Source: Thermoanaerobaculia bacterium (GTDB lineage Bacteria > Acidobacteriota > Thermoanaerobaculia > Multivoradales > Multivoraceae). From it: DNA of 64,000 nucleotides. The notes under the pieces were generated by a model. It made no database searches. It saw only the letters and a program-made list of their open reading frames with translations, and was not told where the DNA came from. The stretch is taken from positions 2,496,001 through 2,560,000 of the forward strand of contig OY762911.1 in assembly GCA_963666565.1 (NCBI GenBank), written 5' to 3'. Below, in pieces: positions 1 to 11,200 of this stretch. Each line of letters starts with the position of its first letter. Position 1 is the first letter of the stretch. A program made the position numbers and the translations under genes.

Positions 1-3000
1 CCGGCGTGCGGTGCGGCGGCCCAACTGGACCACGGCGATGATGCCGCCGAAGATCGACAGGAAGATGGCCTCGGCGATGGCGAACTCGCCCGCGACCATC
101 CAGGGCACGACGACGGCGGCCAGCGCGCCCCAGGGCATCAGCGCCGCCAGCACGCCCTCGACGCCGCCGGGCGCCACCCGGCCGAGCTCGTCGACGCGCC
201 CGCGGGCCCGCCGGATCTCGAGCACCAGCCGGGACGCGATCGCGGCCGCCGCCGCGAGCAGGAGGAGCTTCCACAGCCCGTCCGCGATCCGGCTCACGGC
301 GGCGATCGCGCCCGCAAGCAGCACGAGCAGGGGGAGCAGCCGGTCGCGGGCGTCGGCGGGGTGGAAGGGTTCGCCGTTCCGCGCCAGCACGCGCCGCGCG
401 AAGTCGATCTTCGCGCGCAGCGCCCGCCGGAGCGGCCCGGGCAGGCCGTAGACCTTGCGCAGGTGCCGCACGACGAGTCGTGGCGGACCGTCCGCGGCCG
501 CCGGCTCGGGCACGGCCTCCCTGGGCAGTGCCCGGACGGCGATGCCCAGCAGCGCGCCGCCGATCAGGATCGCCGTCGTGACCTGCCAGAACATCGACTC
601 GACGACGTCGAACGCGAACAGCGGCCCGACGGCCGCGATCGTCGCGCCGAGCCAGACCATGACGACCCAGGGCCCGACCCGGCTGAAGAGTTCGTCGAGC
701 CGGCGGAGGAACACGTAGCCGACGGGGATGACGAGCAGCGTGAGCACGGTCGCGGTCAGCAGTCCGCCGATGACCAGCACCGCGAAGGGCGGCCAGATCT
801 CGTTGGCCCGGCCGGTGGGAATGGCGAGCGGGGCGAGCGCGGCGATCGTCGTGGCGCTGGTCATCAACACGGGGCGCGTCCGCTCCCTGACGGCGGCGAG
901 GGCGGCCGCGCCGGCGCTCCAGCCGGCGCCGAGCGTCCGCTGCTGCATCCGGTCCACGAGCAGGACCGCCGGGTTCACCGCCAGTCCGAGCAGGACGAGA
1001 GCGCCCAGCAGGGCCATGCCGACCAGCCCCATCCCGCTGAAGACCAGCGCCCAGAGGGAACCGAGCAGGGTCAGCGGCAGGGCGAGCAGAACCAGCACGG
1101 GCAGGGTCATCGACTCGAAGGCGATCGCCAGGACGAGGAACAGGAGGGCGACGACCGGGACCAGGATCTTGCGGAACCAGTCCGTGCCCTGCGTGGACCG
1201 GTCGAGTTGCACGGTCGTGCCGGCGGGCCGGTAGACGGCGGCGATCGCGTCCTCGACGGCGCGGTCGAACGTCTGCCGCGCGGGGCCGCTGCCGGGCACG
1301 TCGCCGGACAGCCCGTAGGTCACCACCCGTTCGCGGCGCCCGTTGTGGTGGGTGATCACCGCCGCCGGCGGCGCCTGCCGCACGTCCGCCAGCGCCATGA
1401 CAGGCAGGACGCCCGCCCTGGTCGAGATCTGGAGCCGGGACAGGCCGGCGAGGGACACGTTCCGGTCGATCCCGCCGCCGTCCAGGACCTCCCGGTCGCC
1501 GAGCCCGCCCTCCAGCCGCTGAACCACGATCGGCAGCTCGCGGCCGCTGGGCAGCGGGTAGCCGCTGTTCATCCGGCTCCCCTCCCGGCCGGCGAGGTTC
1601 AGCATCGGCAGGACGTCGTCGAGCAGGACGCCGAAGGCCTCGAACGCGCGGCGATTCGGCCCGACGTGGATCTCCTCGGGGCCCGGCAGCACGGAGGGCG
1701 ACGCGTACGCGACCCCCTCGATGTTCCTGAGCCGGTCGGCGATCTCGTTCGCCAGGTCGGTCAGTTGTTCGTTGTCGTTGCCGGAGACGACGACCCGCTG
1801 GGGACCGCTGCCCAGCAGTTCCTCGGCGCCGCCGGCGCCGCCTCCTCCGCCGCCTCGACCGCCGCCGTCTTCCTCGCCGGGGCGGCTGAGCCTGATCGGC
1901 AACCGCCGCGCCGCGTCGCGGACGAGCCGGCGGACGCGGTTCGCGTTGAGGCCGGGCGGGCGCTCGTCCTCGGGCACGAGGTGTACCGTGAGCGAACCGC
2001 CCTCCTCGCGCACGAGGCTCTCGACGCGGTCGATCCCGTCGACGTCCCGCACCGACGCCTCGAGCCGCTCGAAGACTTGGACGGCGCCGTCCAGCGAACT
2101 CCGCCCCTGCGTGAGCCGTACCGAGAGCTGCACCTCGTCGGCGATTCGCGCCTGCGGTACGCCGCCCCCGATCACCAACGGCAACGCGATGACCGCCGTC
2201 AGGACGATCCCCAGCGCGACGAGGGTGACCAGGGTCGCCGGCCGCCTCAGGGCGGACGCGAGCCATCCGCTGAAGAGGACCCTGGTGGCTTCGGGCGGAG
2301 GTTCGCCGGCGAAGCGCTCCCGCCGTTCGCGCAGCACGGCGAGTCTCCGCAGGGCGGCCGGGGCCGCCAGCCAGCGCGCCAGCAGCGGCACCAGGCCCAT
2401 CGCGACGAGCAGGGAGCCCAGGAGCGGCAGCAGGATGGCCAGCGCGGCGATGGCGATCAGGTTGCGGATAGCGGGCGACCCGAGGTCGATCAGCATCGGC
2501 GGCAGGAAGACCGCCGCGGTCGTGGCGGACGCGGCGACGATGGCGCGCCCCGTGCGCCGGACGCCGCCGGCGGCGGCGGCGTCCGGGCCGTGGCCCCGCT
2601 CCAGGCGGCGCTGCACGGACTCGTAGACGACGACGCTGTTGTCGACCAGCAGCCCGACGCCGACCGCCAGGCCGAAGAGCGAGATCAGGTTGAGCGATTG
2701 CCCGGCGAGATAGAGGAAGCCGAGCGCCGACGCCAGACTGACCGGCACCGCGATCGCGACCACCGCCACCGCGCGCCACTGGCGAAGGAAGAGGAACAGG
2801 ACGAGCAGGGCGATGACGAAGCCGGAGAGGCCGAGATTGCGGAGCCGCTCCGTCTGTTCCTCGACCAGTTCGGCGGCGTCGAAGCCGATCGCGAGCCGCA
2901 CTCCGATCGGCGCCATCTCCTCGTTGATCTCGTCCACCCGCCTGCGGAGGTCGCGGCCGAGCCGGACCAGGTTCGCGCCCTCCTCCTGGAACGCGACGAG

Positions 3001-3846
3001 GCCGACGGCCGGTCGGCCGTCGACCCGGTTGGCCATCTGCCGGCGGCCCGGACCGATCTCGACGTGGGCGACGTGGCGGACGAGCACGGGGCGGTCGGGC
3101 CTCACCCGCACCTCGCCCAGGGACACGGGTCCCGCGGGCCGGCCGTCGAGCATGACCGCGGTCCGTCCGGCCTCGTCCTCCAGGCTGCCGAGGTAGCGGA
3201 GCCGCCCGGACGCTCCGCGGACCGCGTCGACCACCTCCTGCGGCGTCACGTCGAGCGCCGCGCAACGGTTCGGATCGACCCAGACCGTCAACTGCCGCGC
3301 GGCGCCGCCGGCCACCAGGGCCTGACTGACGCCCGGCACCGCCGCCAGCCGCGGCACGACGCGGTCCTCGACCAGTTCGTGGAGGGCGTCGATGTCCGCG
3401 GTCCCCGTCGCCTGGAGCGCCATCGCGAAGCTGGAGAGGATGCTGCTGTCGTTCGCCTGGACGTCGATGAAGGCGTCGCGCGGCTGGGTGCGGGCGATGT
3501 CGGCGGCCATCCGGTTGACGTCCAGTTCCCGCACCTTGAGGTCCGTGCCGCGCTCGAAGCGGATCGTGAAGGTGCCGGCGGAACCGGTCACCTCGCCCCA
3601 GGTCTCGGCGACGCCCGCCAGGGTGCGGACCCGCGCCTCCAGCGGCAGCAGCATCTCCCGCTCGACCGTCTCGGGCTCGCTGCCGGGGCGGATGAAGGAG
3701 ACGAACAGGCGGTCGCCGCTGACGTTCGGGAAGAGCTCGACCGGCAACCGCTGCCAGCCCACCGCGCCGACCAGCACCAGGCCGAGGAAGAACATGGCCA
3801 CCGCCACCGGGCGCCGGATGGCGAGGGTGTCGAGACCGTACTTCAC
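1..3846 (-). CDS. RND (AcrB-like) efflux permease with C-terminal extension, probable ABC-domain fusion; 3' end outside window
   Basis: Absent from the ORF track because there is no stop in the window. Manual translation from GTG 3846 gives MKYGLDTLAIRRPVAVAMFF..., GLLVDNSVVVYE (TM4), RTRPVLMTSATT and VIGGLLTATVLTLLVIP. It continues with extra TM helices and VVRHLRKVYG. Confidence 0.88.
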   Translation of the reverse strand, partial: MKYGLDTLAIRRPVAVAMFFLGLVLVGAVGWQRLPVELFPNVSGDRLFVSFIRPGSEPETVEREMLLPLEARVRTLAGVAETWGEVTGSAGTFTIRFERGTDLKVRELDVNRMAADIARTQPRDAFIDVQANDSSILSSFAMALQATGTADIDALHELVEDRVVPRLAAVPGVSQALVAGGAARQLTVWVDPNRCAALDVTPQEVVDAVRGASGRLRYLGSLEDEAGRTAVMLDGRPAGPVSLGEVRVRPDRPVLVRHVAHVEIGPGRRQMANRVDGRPAVGLVAFQEEGANLVRLGRDLRRRVDEINEEMAPIGVRLAIGFDAAELVEEQTERLRNLGLSGFVIALLVLFLFLRQWRAVAVVAIAVPVSLASALGFLYLAGQSLNLISLFGLAVGVGLLVDNSVVVYESVQRRLERGHGPDAAAAGGVRRTGRAIVAASATTAAVFLPPMLIDLGSPAIRNLIAIAALAILLPLLGSLLVAMGLVPLLARWLAAPAALRRLAVLRERRERFAGEPPPEATRVLFSGWLASALRRPATLVTLVALGIVLTAVIALPLVIGGGVPQARIADEVQLSVRLTQGRSSLDGAVQVFERLEASVRDVDGIDRVESLVREEGGSLTVHLVPEDERPPGLNANRVRRLVRDAARRLPIRLSRPGEEDGGGRGGGGGGAGGAEELLGSGPQRVVVSGNDNEQLTDLANEIADRLRNIEGVAYASPSVLPGPEEIHVGPNRRAFEAFGVLLDDVLPMLNLAGREGSRMNSGYPLPSGRELPIVVQRLEGGLGDREVLDGGGIDRNVSLAGLSRLQISTRAGVLPVMALADVRQAPPAAVITHHNGRRERVVTYGLSGDVPGSGPARQTFDRAVEDAIAAVYRPAGTTVQLDRSTQGTDWFRKILVPVVALLFLVLAIAFESMTLPVLVLLALPLTLLGSLWALVFSGMGLVGMALLGALVLLGLAVNPAVLLVDRMQQRTLGAGWSAGAAALAAVRERTRPVLMTSATTIAALAPLAIPTGRANEIWPPFAVLVIGGLLTATVLTLLVIPVGYVFLRRLDELFSRVGPWVVMVWLGATIAAVGPLFAFDVVESMFWQVTTAILIGGALLGIAVRALPREAVPEPAAADGPPRLVVRHLRKVYGLPGPLRRALRAKIDFARRVLARNGEPFHPADARDRLLPLLVLLAGAIAAVSRIADGLWKLLLLAAAAAIASRLVLEIRRARGRVDELGRVAPGGVEGVLAALMPWGALAAVVVPWMVAGEFAIAEAIFLSIFGGIIAVVQLGRRTARR

Positions 3847-3859
3847 GGGCGGTTCCGGA

Positions 3860-6800
3860 TCAGGCGTCCGCCGGCCGGCGCCGCGTCAGGCGGAACGAGT
3901 CGAGGATCAGGTAGACGCAGGGGAGCACGAGGAGCGAGCCGACGGTCGAGGTCAGGATGCCGCCGATGATCGTGTACGCCATCGGCCCGCGGAGTTCGGC
4001 CGCTTCGCCGGCGCCGACCGCCAGCGGCAGGAGCACGAGGACGGTGGTCAGCGTCGTCATCAGGATGGGCCGGAGCCGGATGGCCGCGGCGCGGGCCAGG
4101 GCGGCGCGCCGCTCCATGCCGGCGGCCATCAGCCGGCGGGCGGTCGCGAGCAGCAGCACGGCGTCGTTGACCGCAACCCCGGCCAGCACGATCAGCCCCA
4201 GGAGCGCCATGACGCCGACCGGGTTGCCCATCGGCCCCAGGGTGCAGGCGACGCCGACCAGGGCCAGCGGGATGGAGAACAGCACGGTGAGCGGCTGCAG
4301 CAGCGACTCGAACGTGCCGGCCAGCACCATCAGCACGAGGACGATCGCCAGCAGGCCGGCCCAGCGCAGCTCGCCCACCGCCTGCTCGCGCTCCTCCTCC
4401 TCGCCGGCCAGGCGCACGATCATGCCGGGCGGCAGCGCGGCGGCGCCCAGCACTTCCTCGGCGGCCGCCACCGCGCGCGGATAGTCGCTGCCGGTCGCGA
4501 TGCGGGCCGTGACCTGGGCCACCCGGCGCTGATCCCGGCGGAAGACCTCCCGGGCGCCTTCGGCGGGCTCGAAGCGGGCGACCTGGCCGAGGGCGAGCCG
4601 GGCGCCGCCGTCGTTCGTGAAGCGGAGGTCGGCGAGGTCCTCCGGGCGGGGTTGGGGCAGGGTGAGGACGACGTGGCGTTCCTCGTCGCCGGTCGAGAGC
4701 AGGGTGACGCGCCGCCCGTCGAGCGCCGACTCGAGCACGCGCGCGATCGTCTGGAGATCGACGCCCAGACCGTCCGCCATCGCCCGGTCGAGTTCGATGC
4801 GGAGTTCGGGCGGCCCGCCCTCGAAGGAGGAACGGACGTTCCAGACCTCCGGGCGGGAGGCGAGGGCCTCGCGCAGCTCGGACGCCACGGCGCGCAGGTC
4901 GGGCAGGGACTGGCTCGCGATCTCGAGCGCGATCGGCGGGCCGGTCGATCCGAGCGCCTCGGCCAGGGCGGAGGCGCCGACCTCCCACTCGATCTCGGTA
5001 TCCGGTATGTCGCGGAACCGCGGCGACAGGGCGTCCACGATCTGGTTGCCCGTCGGGCCGTCGGGCGAGAGCCGCACCAGGATCCGGGCGGTGTTCTCCT
5101 CCGTCAGTTCGGTGGTCACCAGCCGGTCGTCCTCGGGCAGGCGGCCGACTTCGGCCTGGATCGCCTCCAGGTGTTCGCCCGCGGCCTCGCGGATCGCGGC
5201 CTCCAGGGTGGCAACCGCGTTGGCCGTGGCCTCGACGCGCTGGCCGGCGGGGCCCACCATGCGAATGGAGAACTGCCGCGGGTCGGAGGGCGGCAGGAGC
5301 TCGCTGCCGAGGCCGAGCAGGACGTGGACCGCGCCGGCCGCGGCCAGGACCGCCGCCGGAACGACCGCCCAGCGTAGCCGCAGCAGGCCCAGGACCAGGC
5401 GTTCCGTCGCCCTGAAGGCGCGGCCGAGGGGGGGCGCCTCTTCCTCTTCCGTGGCCTCTGGCGCGTCCTCTACGGCCGCCGCCGGTTCGCCGCTGTGGCC
5501 GGCGGAGCTGGCGGCCGCGGCCTTCGCCCGCGGCAGCAGCCAGCGCGACAGGGCGGGGATCAGCATCATGGCGACCGCCAGCGAAGCGCCGAGCGAGGCG
5601 ACGACGGTGAACGAGATGCCCTCGATCAGGCGGGCGGCGAGTCCCTGGACGAACAGCACCGGCAGGAACACGACGCAGGTGGTCAGGGTCGAGGCGGCGA
5701 TGGCTCCCGCCACCTCCGAGGCGCCGCGGGCGGCGGTGTCCGCGGCCGACACGCCGGGGCGGTGGCGGCGGTGAATGCTCTCGACGACGACGATCGCGTT
5801 GTCGACCAGCATGCCGGCGCCGAGCGCCAGCCCGGCGAGGGTGATGATGTTGAGCGAGTGGTCCGCCAGGCGCATGGCGAACAGGGCGACGAAGAGGGAC
5901 ACCGGAACCGCCGACGCGACGACCACGGTCGGTCCGAGGGAGCGGAGGAACAGCGCCAGGACGACGATCGCCAAGGCGATGCCGACCAGCGCGGCGTTCA
6001 TCAGGTCGTCCATCGCGTTCTCGACCAGCGCCGCGTCGTCGTTGACCATGGACACGCTCACCCTGGGGAGGTCGCGCTCCAGGTCGTTGAGCGCGTCCCG
6101 CACCGTGCGGGACACCTCGACCGTGTTGGCCCCGGCCTCCTTGAACACCTGGAGCCCCACGCCCTCCACGCCTCCGACCCGGACCAGGTGGTCGATCTCG
6201 GCGTCGGCCAGCGCCACGTCGGCGACGTCCGATACCCGGATCGGCTGGCGGGTCATCTGGCCGGCGGCGCCCTGCTGGGTACGGTAGCGAACCACGACGC
6301 GTTCGACGTCGCGCGCTTCGCGGAAACGGGCGATGCCGCGGACGAGGTAGACGTCGCCTCCGTCCTCCAGGGTGCCGGCGTCGATGTCCAGGTTCTCCGC
6401 CATCAAGCGCTGCTCGAGTTGATTCAGAGTGACGCCGAACGCCTCGAGCCGGTAGCGGTCGACCCGGACCTGCACCTCGAGGTCCCGTCCGCCGAGAACG
6501 CGCACCTCCGCCACGTCGGGAAGCTCTTCCATGGCGGGCGCCAGTTGCCGACGGGCCAGCCGGCGCAGCTCGGCGAGGTCCGGCCCGTCGTCCTCCGCCA
6601 CCAGGCCCAGGGTCATCACCGGCGCTTGGCGGGGGTCGAGATGCCGGACGAGGACCTCGTCGACCTCCGGGTCGGCGGCGACGGGGTTCACGGCCTTCTG
6701 GACCTCGATCAGGGCGAAGTCCATCTCGGCGTCCCAGTCGAACCGGACGGTTGCGATGAGCCGCCCGGAACGGGCCACCTGCTGCACTTCGCGGATGCCG

Positions 6801-7048
6801 CGCACGGTGAACAGCCGCTGCTCGACCTGCTCGCCGTACAGGCGCTCCATCTCGGTCGGCGGCCGGTCGCCGGAGCGGACCGCGACGACGATCGTGGGCG
6901 AGCGCAGGTCGGGCAGCAGGTCGATCGGCAGCTCGCGCCAGGAGATCCAACCGACGAGCGCGAAGGCCAGCGCGGTGACCGTGACCGCGACCGGGCGCCG
7001 CGCGGCGAGACGTGCCGCCGCGGACGTGCTACCGGGCGCCGCGGTCAT
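3860..7048 (-). CDS. RND (AcrB/AcrD/AcrF family) efflux permease
   Basis: 1062 aa with RRPVAVTV, LPIDLLPD, GMLVDNAIVVVE and RLRPILMTTLTT motifs. Confidence 0.95.
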   Translation of the reverse strand: MTAAPGSTSAAARLAARRPVAVTVTALAFALVGWISWRELPIDLLPDLRSPTIVVAVRSGDRPPTEMERLYGEQVEQRLFTVRGIREVQQVARSGRLIATVRFDWDAEMDFALIEVQKAVNPVAADPEVDEVLVRHLDPRQAPVMTLGLVAEDDGPDLAELRRLARRQLAPAMEELPDVAEVRVLGGRDLEVQVRVDRYRLEAFGVTLNQLEQRLMAENLDIDAGTLEDGGDVYLVRGIARFREARDVERVVVRYRTQQGAAGQMTRQPIRVSDVADVALADAEIDHLVRVGGVEGVGLQVFKEAGANTVEVSRTVRDALNDLERDLPRVSVSMVNDDAALVENAMDDLMNAALVGIALAIVVLALFLRSLGPTVVVASAVPVSLFVALFAMRLADHSLNIITLAGLALGAGMLVDNAIVVVESIHRRHRPGVSAADTAARGASEVAGAIAASTLTTCVVFLPVLFVQGLAARLIEGISFTVVASLGASLAVAMMLIPALSRWLLPRAKAAAASSAGHSGEPAAAVEDAPEATEEEEAPPLGRAFRATERLVLGLLRLRWAVVPAAVLAAAGAVHVLLGLGSELLPPSDPRQFSIRMVGPAGQRVEATANAVATLEAAIREAAGEHLEAIQAEVGRLPEDDRLVTTELTEENTARILVRLSPDGPTGNQIVDALSPRFRDIPDTEIEWEVGASALAEALGSTGPPIALEIASQSLPDLRAVASELREALASRPEVWNVRSSFEGGPPELRIELDRAMADGLGVDLQTIARVLESALDGRRVTLLSTGDEERHVVLTLPQPRPEDLADLRFTNDGGARLALGQVARFEPAEGAREVFRRDQRRVAQVTARIATGSDYPRAVAAAEEVLGAAALPPGMIVRLAGEEEEREQAVGELRWAGLLAIVLVLMVLAGTFESLLQPLTVLFSIPLALVGVACTLGPMGNPVGVMALLGLIVLAGVAVNDAVLLLATARRLMAAGMERRAALARAAAIRLRPILMTTLTTVLVLLPLAVGAGEAAELRGPMAYTIIGGILTSTVGSLLVLPCVYLILDSFRLTRRRPADA

Positions 7049-7117
7049 GGCGCCGGGCGCGTGGCGTCGCCGCCACCGCGTCGCAGTCGGAGATGGACCG
7101 GCTCTTCATCCGGCCGC

Positions 7118-8218
7118 TCATCCAGAGACGCTGACGCGGGTGCCGTCGGTCAGCGTTTCGAGTCCTCGGACGACGACCCGCTCGCCGACTTCGAGCCCCT
7201 GCCGCACCTCGGCGACCTCGTCGTCGCCGAGCCCGAGGACGACCTCGCGCCGAACGACGCGCTGCCCGTCGAGAACGAAGACGACGCGCCGGCCGCCCCG
7301 CTCGGTGATCGCCTCGCGCGGCACCACCGGGACTTCGTTCCGTTGCTCGACGACCAAGCTGACTTCGACGAACATGCCGGGCCGCAGCAGGCGGCCCGGG
7401 TTGCGCACGGCGACCTCGGCACGGAAGGTGTGGGTCACCGGGTCGACCTCGGGCGAGAGCCGGACGACCCCGCCGCCGAAGCTCTGGCCCGGCCAGGCGA
7501 AGTGCCGCAGCCGGGCTTCCTGGCCGGGGCGGACCCGCGCCAGTTCCGGGCCGACGAGGTCGATGTCGGCGATCAGCGAGTCGACGGGGGAGATGCGGGC
7601 GACCTGGAAGCCCTGGGTCACCAACTGGCCGTCGGCGACCGGCATGCCCTGGGCGTCGCGGGCGACCTCCATCAGCACGCCGCCGATCGGGGTGAGCAGG
7701 CGGGCCCGGTCTTCGGTGAGCAGACTCTGTTCCCAGCCCGCCTTCGCTTCCTCGAGCGACGTCTCCGCGCGGCGGAGCTCTTCGGCGCTGATCAGCTCCT
7801 GCTCGAACAGCCGGACGCGGGCGTCCCGCTCGGCCAGCGCCGAGAGGTAGGCCTTGTGGGTGACCTCGACCCGGGCGGCCAGGCGGGCGTCCTCGCCGGT
7901 GACCTCGGCGATGAGCTGGTCCGGAGTGACGCGGTCGCCCTCGGCGAGCCGGCGGCCGGACGGATGGCGCCCGACCTCCAGGCGGCCCGGGGTCTCGACC
8001 TGGAGCACCACGCTCTCGGCGGCCCGGAGCGTGCCGGTGGCCACGATCAGGTCCTCGACGTCCCCGGTCGTGACCTCGGCGGCGCTGACCGGGACCAGGA
8101 AGTCGATTTCGTTCGGGGCGCTAGCGGCCTGGCAGCCGAGGAGGACGGCGCAGGCGGCCGCCGCGGCAGCGCCGCGGCGGCGGACGGCGGGGGGGAATCT
8201 GCGGGCGGTCTCGTTCAC
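7118..8218 (-). CDS. RND periplasmic adaptor (membrane fusion protein), probable lipoprotein
   Basis: C-terminal part of ORF 7118..9748. GTG at 8218 overlaps the upstream stop. Lipobox-like VLLGC, SPEVDPVTHTF, LLRPGMFV and GLEVGERVVVRG. Confidence 0.92.
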   Translation of the reverse strand: MNETARRFPPAVRRRGAAAAAACAVLLGCQAASAPNEIDFLVPVSAAEVTTGDVEDLIVATGTLRAAESVVLQVETPGRLEVGRHPSGRRLAEGDRVTPDQLIAEVTGEDARLAARVEVTHKAYLSALAERDARVRLFEQELISAEELRRAETSLEEAKAGWEQSLLTEDRARLLTPIGGVLMEVARDAQGMPVADGQLVTQGFQVARISPVDSLIADIDLVGPELARVRPGQEARLRHFAWPGQSFGGGVVRLSPEVDPVTHTFRAEVAVRNPGRLLRPGMFVEVSLVVEQRNEVPVVPREAITERGGRRVVFVLDGQRVVRREVVLGLGDDEVAEVRQGLEVGERVVVRGLETLTDGTRVSVSG

Positions 8219-11200
8219 TGGATCGCTACGCCTCCGCCGGTGGGCGCCGCGTCCGCGGCGCCGCCGGTGTCGAGCCGGACGAAGCGGACGGCGTCGGCCG
8301 CCACCGCGGTGCCCTCGGTCCGGTCGCTGAGCACCAGCGAGACGGGGCCGGACGCGAGGTCGAAATCGCCCAGGACCGCCCAGCCGGGGCCGGCGCTGGC
8401 GGCGTCGAAGTCGATGGATCGCGAACTGCCGCCGTTCTCGAGCTCCAGGTCGTAGTCGCCGAGCCGGAGGCCGAGGTTCACCGAGACCTGGACGCCCTCG
8501 TTTCCGCCCCGGCTGGGGGCGCCGCCGCCATCGTCGCCGATCCGCACCTCCCGCCGGATCTCTCCCGTGCCGGGCGGCAGCGGCGACAGGGACGGCACAT
8601 GGATCTCGACCCGCCAGCGGCCGGCTTGCGGCAGGTGGGCGCTGTAGGTTGCGCGGCGATCTCCCTCGCCGGCCGGGCCGACGACGGCCGTTCGCCGGTA
8701 GCGGCCCCAGCTTCGCGGCTGCCTGTAGCGCGACCACTCCCGGGGGGCGCCGAGGAAGGGCTGGTAGACGGGCAGGCCCCGGTCCAGCTCGATCGAGGGC
8801 GCGAAGTAGCCGGTCAGCCCTCCCTGGAGTCTCACGCCGCCGTCCGAGGCGGCCTTCTCGTCGCTGACCGAGAACCCGGAATCCAGGTCGTCGACGACGA
8901 TCACCTCGGTGTCCGCGTCGAGCCAGTCGGGCAACCAGTCGCTGGGCCGCGCGCCGCGCAGCGGCGCGCGCTCGACGATCCGCTCGCTGTCGACCGCGGG
9001 AAGGTCCACCGGGAACTCGCCCCGGTTGAGGGAGAGGTAGGGCGACGCGAGCATCAGTCCCGGCGGCGTCGACGTGACCAGCCCGAACTCCACCGAGGTC
9101 AGGCCCGGAACGAGGACCGGCTCGCTCGAGTCCCACCGCGGGCCGGCGTCGGACCGGACGGCGTAGCGGAGGCGGAACAGCCCCGGCGTCGGCTCGCCGT
9201 TGTGGACGGAGAGTCGGGTCTCGTACCGCGGGGCGCCCTGGTCGTCGTCGGCGAGGCGGACCAGGTCGGCGGCGGAGACGACGAAGCCGGGCAGGTCCGT
9301 GTCGTGCAGGAAGTCGCCCACCAGGCCGGCGAGGTCGATGCCCGCTTCCCCGGCGGCGCGGTCGAGGTCGGCGGCGTCGAAGGTCGTCCCCGCGTGGTCG
9401 CGCACCAGGTTCGCGACCATGGCCGCGGTCCGTTCGCGCCCGGCGCCGTCCAGGATGGCGGTGGCGAGCGCCGACGTCTTCAGATAGATGGCGTTGACCG
9501 CCCGCCTGGGATCTTCCTCCACCCTCAGGTCGGTCAGGGAGCTGCCGAGCACCGCCTCCCAGACTTCCGGGCGGTCCGTGATCGCGTTGACGATGCCGCT
9601 GGAGACGGAACCGCCGCCGGCCGCGAACTGGCCGCTGAACCCGTCCTGCAACGCGTTGCTGAGGGTCCAGCCCATGTTGCGGTCGAAGAGGTGGACGGAG
9701 AAGTAGGACTCGCCGCCGGTCACCAGCCGGTTGACCAGGTTGTGGCACAGCGCTTCCAGCGCCAGGGATTCGGGGCCGCGAGCGCCGGTGCGGTAGAGGA
9801 ACAGGTTGCGCGCGCCGCCCACCAGAATGTTGCCGCCGGTGTAGTCGTTGGCGAAGTAGTTCTCAAGTCCCAGCGCCTTGGCGCGCGGCAGGCCTCCTTC
9901 CCGGTCCTCGAACCGTTCGGGGTTGCGGAAGGTGAACTCGAAGCGGGAAGTCGGCAGTCCGTTCTCGCCGATCAGCAGCATGCCGGGCGGCGCCCTTGCG
10001 GTGTCCATCCTCCATCCGCCGCCGTAGCCGCGCAGGGTCCACGGCACCTCGACCAGGGAGAGTTGCCGGTAGGGGTAGGGGAGGCCGACTTCCCGGGCCG
10101 TGGCGAAGTGCTCGGCCGCGCGCTCCTCGATCGCCTCGCGGGCGTCGGCGAAGAACTCCAGGTTGCGGAGGTGGCGCCGGTCGAACAGCACTTCGATTTC
10201 GACGCCGTCGACCTCGGTCGTCCGGCGATCGTAGACGCCGGCGATCAGGGCGGCCTCCGGCACGGCCGCCGCCGGCCGGAAGCGTACGCGGTCGCCGTTC
10301 GGCTCGCCCTTGCCGGGGCCGGCGACGGTCCAGCCGGACGGGGCGCCGACGTCGAGGTCGAGCTCGAAGAAGTCCCGCGGCCGCTTCCGCGGGTCGTCGA
10401 CGCCGATCAGGGCGCCCGCGCGGGGCAGCCAGGCGAGGCCCGGGACCAAGGACACGAAGCGGCGCTCCAGTACGCCGTTGAGCGAGCCGAGAAGGACCAC
10501 CTGGGCGTCCTGGTAGCTGAGCCGCTCCAGGTCGATCGTCGAGTCCAGGTAGGCGAAGCGGATGTCGGGCCGGCCGCGGGCGCGCAGCCGCAGGTCGACC
10601 GTCTCGCCGGCCGCTGCTCGGCCGAGGTCGACCTCCAGCAGGCCGTCCCGGTGGGTGAAGGGGAGGGATCCGCCGGATCCGTGCTCGACCGCGTCGACCG
10701 CGATGCCGGGGTTCAGGCTGAACAGTGCCTGGGCGCCGCCGGCCGGGGCGAACCGGACCTCGAGGTCCAGGTCGAGGCGCCCCCCGGGCCCGATGTCGAC
10801 CGTGCCCCGGATGCGCTCGACATCGACCGCCGGCTCCTCCTGCCGGGCACGGTGCGCGTCCCGCCAGCCGTCGACCATGTCGAGTTCTCCCCGGCTTCCG
10901 CCGAACATGGCGACCAGGGTGGCGGCGCCGACGGCGCACAGGCCGCCGCCGCCGAGCCCCCAGGCGCGCCGGCGGGCGTCGTCGAGCCGCGGATGGACCG
11001 CGACGGCGATGCCGAGGAGCCCGGCGGCGAGGACCGTCAGGCTGCCCCGGTTCAGGATGTTCTCGGCGTTCCAGAGCTGCGGCGCCAGTTCCGAGATGTT
11101 GCCGGTGAAGCCGCCGTTGATGCCCAGGACGGGCAGCGCGTAGACCGGCAACCGCACGCTCAGCCAGATGCCGCCGATCGCGAGCCCGACGCCGGCCAGC

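Noticed and set aside
361-3969. Long plus-strand ORF of 1202 aa, and similar long ORFs such as 5495..8455, 22654..26595, 35006..38176 and 49739..52879
   Set aside because: Antisense or off-frame shadows of real genes. High GC suppresses stop codons, and the products are Arg/Pro/Gly-rich with no motifs.
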